Shown piece by piece: positions 60,701 to 64,000 of a stretch of 64,000 nucleotides of DNA. Each line of letters opens with the position of its first letter. Position 1 is the first letter of the stretch. Source of the DNA: an uncultured Pseudanabaenaceae cyanobacterium (GTDB taxonomy: Bacteria; Cyanobacteriota; Cyanobacteriia; PCC-9006; JAAUQQ01); NCBI GenBank assembly GCA_937949725.1, contig CALECT010000017.1, forward strand, positions 13,243-77,242, written 5' to 3'. A program made the translations under genes and the position numbers. The notes beneath the pieces are model-generated. The model had not been told where the DNA came from, made no database searches, and saw nothing but the letters and a program-made list of their open reading frames with translations.

Positions 60701-63700
60701 ACAATTGATAACAGTACCTTCGTAAACAATCATTCAGATCGATTCGGCGGGGGGCTGTATTTAGATAGCACCAATGGAAGGATCGACCTGTTCGACGTCA
60801 CCTTACAAAATAACACTGCTCAAGATGGTGGTGGTCTCTATAAATTAGATGGTGCCACTTTAGAGATAATCGGAAATAGCCGCTTTGAAGACAACATCGC
60901 TACACGGTTTGGTGGTGGTTTAGTAAACGATCGAGTTGATGGCGATGTTAATCTCATAGGCACTCTATTTCGTAATAATGATGCCAGTGATGATGGAGGG
61001 GCGATACACCTGCGCAATGGGAGTCAATTGACAGGGGAAGATCTCACCTTCCTGAACAATACTGCTCAAGATGGCGGTGCTATCGATTTATCAAGTGGAA
61101 CGCAGCTCAGCCTGACGGATAGTATTTTTCAAGCCAACCAAGCAACGACTGGAGGGGCTATTGATGTGGATACTAATTCACAACTCAATCTGACCCGTGG
61201 AAGCTTCCGCAATAATTCATCCCTTACTGGAGGGGCTATCCGCAGTGATAGTGGTCAGATTACTGCGGATAGAACTGAATTTATCAATAACCAAGCTGGG
61301 ATCTCAGGGGGGGCAATTGTTCACGCAGGTAGTGCCATTGCCTCGCTCACTAATGTCACGTTCACGGGCAATACAGCAGATAGATTTGGTGGTGCAATCT
61401 TTAATGAAGGTGATGTTAATAGTCAACTCGAAATTTCAGGAAGTGACTTTTCTCAGAATCAAGTTTTATCTAGCAATTCTGCTTCCGGTGATGGAGGGGC
61501 CATTTCAATTCGTGGAGATGGAGCAACGACGATCTCTGCAACTGATTTTTCTGAGAATCAGGCCACCTTTGATGGTGGCGCGATCGCGAACTCGGCCAAT
61601 TCGGGGCAGCTCACCATTACTGGAAGCCAATTTATTGAAAACCAAGCGGTTGGACCTGGTGGTGCAATTGATAACCAAGGCCGCCTGACCATTGACCAGA
61701 GCAGTTTTACTCGGAATCAAACGACTAGTACAACAACAGGCAATGGTGGGGCGATCGCGAATCGTTTTGCCCAGGCAGAGTTGACAATCGATCAGACGAG
61801 CTTTGTTGATAATCAATCCAGTCGGCAAGGTGGGGGGGTATTCAACTTTCAAGCTGCAGCACTGACGGTCACCAATTCTAGTTTTGAAGGGGGCTCAGCC
61901 ACATTAGGAGGCGGGATTTACAGTGGGTTCTCGCCAGCTGATATCGCTGACAGTCACTTTGAAGGCAACGAAGTTGCTCCAGGAGCCACCACCGGTGATG
62001 GGGCAGCTATCTATAACTTAAGTGGCGATCTGACAGTGGTTGGCTCGACTTTTGTCGACAATCAAGCAACTGATTTTGGTGGCGCCATTCTGAGCTCAGA
62101 GCCAGATGCAACTCTTGTTGTACAAGATAGTGACTTTACCAATAACCGAGCTCGGATTGGTGGAGCTGTGCATCAATTCCAAGGTCAGTTGACCGTTGAA
62201 GATTCTGATTTCTTAAATAACCAAGCTGATCAAGGCGGAGCCCTAAACGTGGTTGGTCTATCTGCAGGTAGCCGGATTCAGAACAGCCTGATTCAGGGCA
62301 ACCAAAGCACAACCACGGGCGGTGGCATCAATCTAGCCAGTGATGCAGAATTGCTGTTGACAGAGGTGGTGCTGGACCAAAACCAAGCCGATCAAAGTGG
62401 CGGTGGTTTAGCAGCACCTTCAGCCCAAGGTTTTTCTGGCAACCTTGAGATTGTGGATAGCAGTTTTACCAACAATCAGGCTGGGCAAAATGGAGGAGGT
62501 CTATTTCAAGAAAATGGGAGCTTGCAGATCCGTGGCTCCCAATTTATCGATAATGTGGCCCAGCGTCGGGGAGGCGGGCTTAACTTAACGGATGTCTCAA
62601 ATGCCGTCATTGAACAGACCTTACTGGAAGAAAATCAGGCTATAAACCTGGCTGGTGGTGGTGCGAGCCTTGAAGGTAATACGAATCTGACCTTGACTCA
62701 ATCTATTTTGCGTCAAAATCAAGCCGTCGGAACGGGGGGAGCCCTGTCCGCTCAGGAGTCTAATAATTTTTCAGGTGATGTCACGGTCAGTGACAGTTCT
62801 TTTGAACAAAACCTCGGCAGCTTTGGGGGGGCGATCCATTTCAATCCCAGTCCTTTAGGCGGAACATTGAGCGTTGAAGGATCTAGCTTTATCGCGAATC
62901 AAGCTCAAAGATCGGCTGGCGCTTTGCAAATATCAGACGGTGCTATTGCCGTGATTGAACGCTCTACATTTTCTGGTAACCAGGCCAATGAAACTGGAGG
63001 GGCTATCCGCAGTGGTGGCAACTTGACCATAGAGCGGAGCACAATCGCGAATAATATTTCTGATGTTGATACAACTGGAGATGGCCGAGGTGGTGGAATT
63101 TTGCAGCAGCAAGGGCAAGTCAGTGTAAGCAACTCAATTGTGGCCCAAAATCAGGTGGGGAGTGATGCGACTGCGATCGCGGCTGACCTATCAGGTAACT
63201 TTCAGGACTTGGGTAATAACCTGATTGGCATCGCAGATGGCGCAACGGGGCTAACTAGCAGCGCCTTACTAGGCAGCACAGCTGCTCCACTTAACCCACT
63301 ATTAGGCCCTCTGGGCAATTACGGCGGCCTAACCCAAACCCTGCCATTGCTGCCCGGTAGCCCTGCGATTGATGCAGCCAATGCCTCTGTTCTGGATCAG
63401 CGAGGCATTGCTCAAGTGAGTGTTGCAACGGATGTTGGTGCCTTTGAATCTCAGGGTTTTGTTGCCCCCCCCTCCTCAGGCACGCCTCAAAGCACTGAGA
63501 TAAATACGGCTTTTGCAGATCCGCTGACGCTAGTTATTTCCAGCACCTTTGGAGAACCTGTGGATGGGGGACAGATCAACTATGCTGCACCAGCCTCAGG
63601 AGCGAGTATCGACTCCCTTCAAAATCCGATTTCTGTCGCAATTACAGGCGGAATCGCTCAACTACCAGTCACTGCTAATGCCCTTGAAGGGCAATATGAT

Positions 63701-64000
63701 GTTGTCGCAACTGCTGCCGGTGTTGCTCCCCTCAATTTTTCGTTAACGAACTTACCCACACCAACGCCTCTACCACTGCCAGAACCCACCCCAGCTCCTA
63801 TTCCTACGCCGGAGCCAACGCCACTAACACCGTCTCCTCCCACGAGGCTAACGCCACTTACCTCACCGCCACCTCCTGAAACACCGTCCATTTCCTTTTT
63901 GGAGCGTCCGATTGATTTCCCTCAAACGAGCCTCAATACCTCTGCGCTGGGGCAGCCGACCCTGGGGCAACCGCCCTTGAGTCTTGTTAATAACGCTGCC
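57761..64000 (+). CDS. second, paralogous giant TPS-domain exoprotein (5' part; the ORF is open to the end of the window, >2080 codons). It has a TPS domain, a PMP-type beta-helix and, in the window, one Big-like unit and a Pro/Thr linker; any downstream domain, including a CHAT domain, lies beyond 64000 and cannot be seen.
   Basis: ATG at 57761 with signal peptide MNSLIGNLPKSLLLLPLLGVTAPKSRAAEP. The TPS block …DFQITGGTQTGENLFHRFDQLDLNAGQIADFE…IDGLLKVSGGSADLFVINPAGVVLGPNAQLDLSGSFVATTADRL… is ~65-70% identical to gene 1 over the first ~650 aa. GGAI/FxxN repeats then run throughout. The end of the window shows …TEINTAFADPLTLVISSTFGEPVDGG… (a Big-like unit) followed by PTPTPLPLPEPTPAPIPTPEPTPLTPSPP. 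It is not in the ORF track because no stop codon falls in the window; 6240 nt is exactly 2080 codons in frame. Confidence 0.8.
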   Translation, partial: MNSLIGNLPKSLLLLPLLGVTAPKSRAAEPSLLPLEPGATTKAGDLRFSHDITQIRRSPIAPAPSGAVEAFAAQTSDGDSPLIIAQVIPTPGAVNTQVELDASGTDFQITGGTQTGENLFHRFDQLDLNAGQIADFEVHPGVETILSEIGSGPSNIDGLLKVSGGSADLFVINPAGVVLGPNAQLDLSGSFVATTADRLEFSNGEIDLLDEGFTEQTVVSGSLDSLGFSAHAAGGVIVNQGQLAVDAGQSIGLLGHAVINTGELKAPGGEVTVLAAKGGQQVSLQGELLNLELAAPVADGSSNPVLWNNASQSLVEATGLSQNTDGSISLAAGTVRVSGDVDVSSVIGAGGTATLLGDQVQVVDAVVDASGAEGGLIRVGGDYQGQGELLRARATQVDTASVLRADGGASTLGIRPDGGEVIVWSDGTTEFAGTATAQSLAPGGEGGLVETSAKQQLAIAPTANVNTTSVDGATGQWLIDPVDLTVVNGGGAGSIVGGTNSPAGASTIDAATIEAGLNGNNVVLQADNSITVNAPIDASANPSGGDLELDAPTLNLNERVMLVAGSDLSGTATTVNVGANGGVQNGVDAVATGGTVNLAVATYREGQEIIIDKSLTLQGQGAEDTTISGDADNNGDGDHRVLEAMGAGNNIVLQQLTIADGRTGGIGASGGGLTAVDVNLTIADAVFRNNRTVGNGSQDGGAFHQADASVTVTRSQFIDNQSTHDGGAINLQSGSLNISDSTFTQNIALSEGGAIDNDRFGSLTITNSNFSDNTAALRGGAIMIDANVGAVSVADSNFSNNSSGNGGAILIDRNAGPISITGGNFSNNTADDGGAIFTESAVEIAGSNFTDNIANESGGALLLTSSSSGNSIQGSSFIRNQALAQNGGAIDAQVNSSLQLSANNFTQNQAQRDGGAIRNDGVITLSDTTLTNNQSVDRRGGAIHLSSNGRLTITNSNFTGNQAGDHGGALASFSTDSNSLTIDNSTFVNNHSDRFGGGLYLDSTNGRIDLFDVTLQNNTAQDGGGLYKLDGATLEIIGNSRFEDNIATRFGGGLVNDRVDGDVNLIGTLFRNNDASDDGGAIHLRNGSQLTGEDLTFLNNTAQDGGAIDLSSGTQLSLTDSIFQANQATTGGAIDVDTNSQLNLTRGSFRNNSSLTGGAIRSDSGQITADRTEFINNQAGISGGAIVHAGSAIASLTNVTFTGNTADRFGGAIFNEGDVNSQLEISGSDFSQNQVLSSNSASGDGGAISIRGDGATTISATDFSENQATFDGGAIANSANSGQLTITGSQFIENQAVGPGGAIDNQGRLTIDQSSFTRNQTTSTTTGNGGAIANRFAQAELTIDQTSFVDNQSSRQGGGVFNFQAAALTVTNSSFEGGSATLGGGIYSGFSPADIADSHFEGNEVAPGATTGDGAAIYNLSGDLTVVGSTFVDNQATDFGGAILSSEPDATLVVQDSDFTNNRARIGGAVHQFQGQLTVEDSDFLNNQADQGGALNVVGLSAGSRIQNSLIQGNQSTTTGGGINLASDAELLLTEVVLDQNQADQSGGGLAAPSAQGFSGNLEIVDSSFTNNQAGQNGGGLFQENGSLQIRGSQFIDNVAQRRGGGLNLTDVSNAVIEQTLLEENQAINLAGGGASLEGNTNLTLTQSILRQNQAVGTGGALSAQESNNFSGDVTVSDSSFEQNLGSFGGAIHFNPSPLGGTLSVEGSSFIANQAQRSAGALQISDGAIAVIERSTFSGNQANETGGAIRSGGNLTIERSTIANNISDVDTTGDGRGGGILQQQGQVSVSNSIVAQNQVGSDATAIAADLSGNFQDLGNNLIGIADGATGLTSSALLGSTAAPLNPLLGPLGNYGGLTQTLPLLPGSPAIDAANASVLDQRGIAQVSVATDVGAFESQGFVAPPSSGTPQSTEINTAFADPLTLVISSTFGEPVDGGQINYAAPASGASIDSLQNPISVAITGGIAQLPVTANALEGQYDVVATAAGVAPLNFSLTNLPTPTPLPLPEPTPAPIPTPEPTPLTPSPPTRLTPLTSPPPPETPSISFLERPIDFPQTSLNTSALGQPTLGQPPLSLVNNAA

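Noticed and set aside
54258-63300. Regularly spaced direct repeats, considered as a possible CRISPR array
   Set aside because: The repeats are ~300 bp (Big_1) or ~60-75 bp imperfect (GGAI units). They are in-frame coding, lack unique spacers of uniform length, and no cas genes are present.

Overview
This 64-kb window looks like chromosomal DNA from a cyanobacterium. The octamer GCGATCGC (HIP1) recurs dozens of times, and the gene set is typical: ferredoxin-sulfite reductase, FraH-like and HetF/CHAT-like proteins, DUF502 and several FHA-domain proteins. About 45 protein-coding genes are supportable. I saw no rRNA or tRNA genes, no CRISPR array and no transposase.

Most genes are housekeeping: ychF, rpmB, sir, recN, argH, ftsY, nusB, pgl, hisS, leuC and leuD. 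Alongside these are envelope and signalling genes: an FHA-PBP1A fusion, a phage lambda R-type lysozyme-like protein, a peptidoglycan-binding/SH3b protein, an AMIN-domain protein, two tandem FHA proteins and a GAF-PP2C phosphatase.

The standout locus is at the 3' end (49.4-64.0 kb). Two tandem paralogous giant genes each encode an N-terminal two-partner-secretion (TPS, filamentous-haemagglutinin-type) export domain followed by a long beta-helix of PMP-type GGAI/FxxN repeats. The first (2697 aa, complete) continues with six tandem Big_1 Ig-like repeats, a proline-rich linker and a C-terminal CHAT (caspase-like) protease domain with an intact His/Cys dyad. The second (>2080 aa) has one Big-like unit and a Pro/Thr linker in the window and runs off the end. 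This is a CdiA-like 'TPS scaffold plus C-terminal payload' architecture in which the payload is a CHAT protease. No TpsB transporter gene and no immunity-like gene lie inside the window.

Other notable items are a ~220-bp inverted-repeat-bounded string of perfect hairpins at 22.66-22.88 kb, which is a candidate miniature inverted-repeat element (MITE) or structured RNA; very long perfect palindromes between convergent genes; a ClC-CBS-Usp-Usp fusion; an AT-rich islet at 11.8-12.1 kb; and leuC and leuD separated by an opposite-strand membrane ORF.
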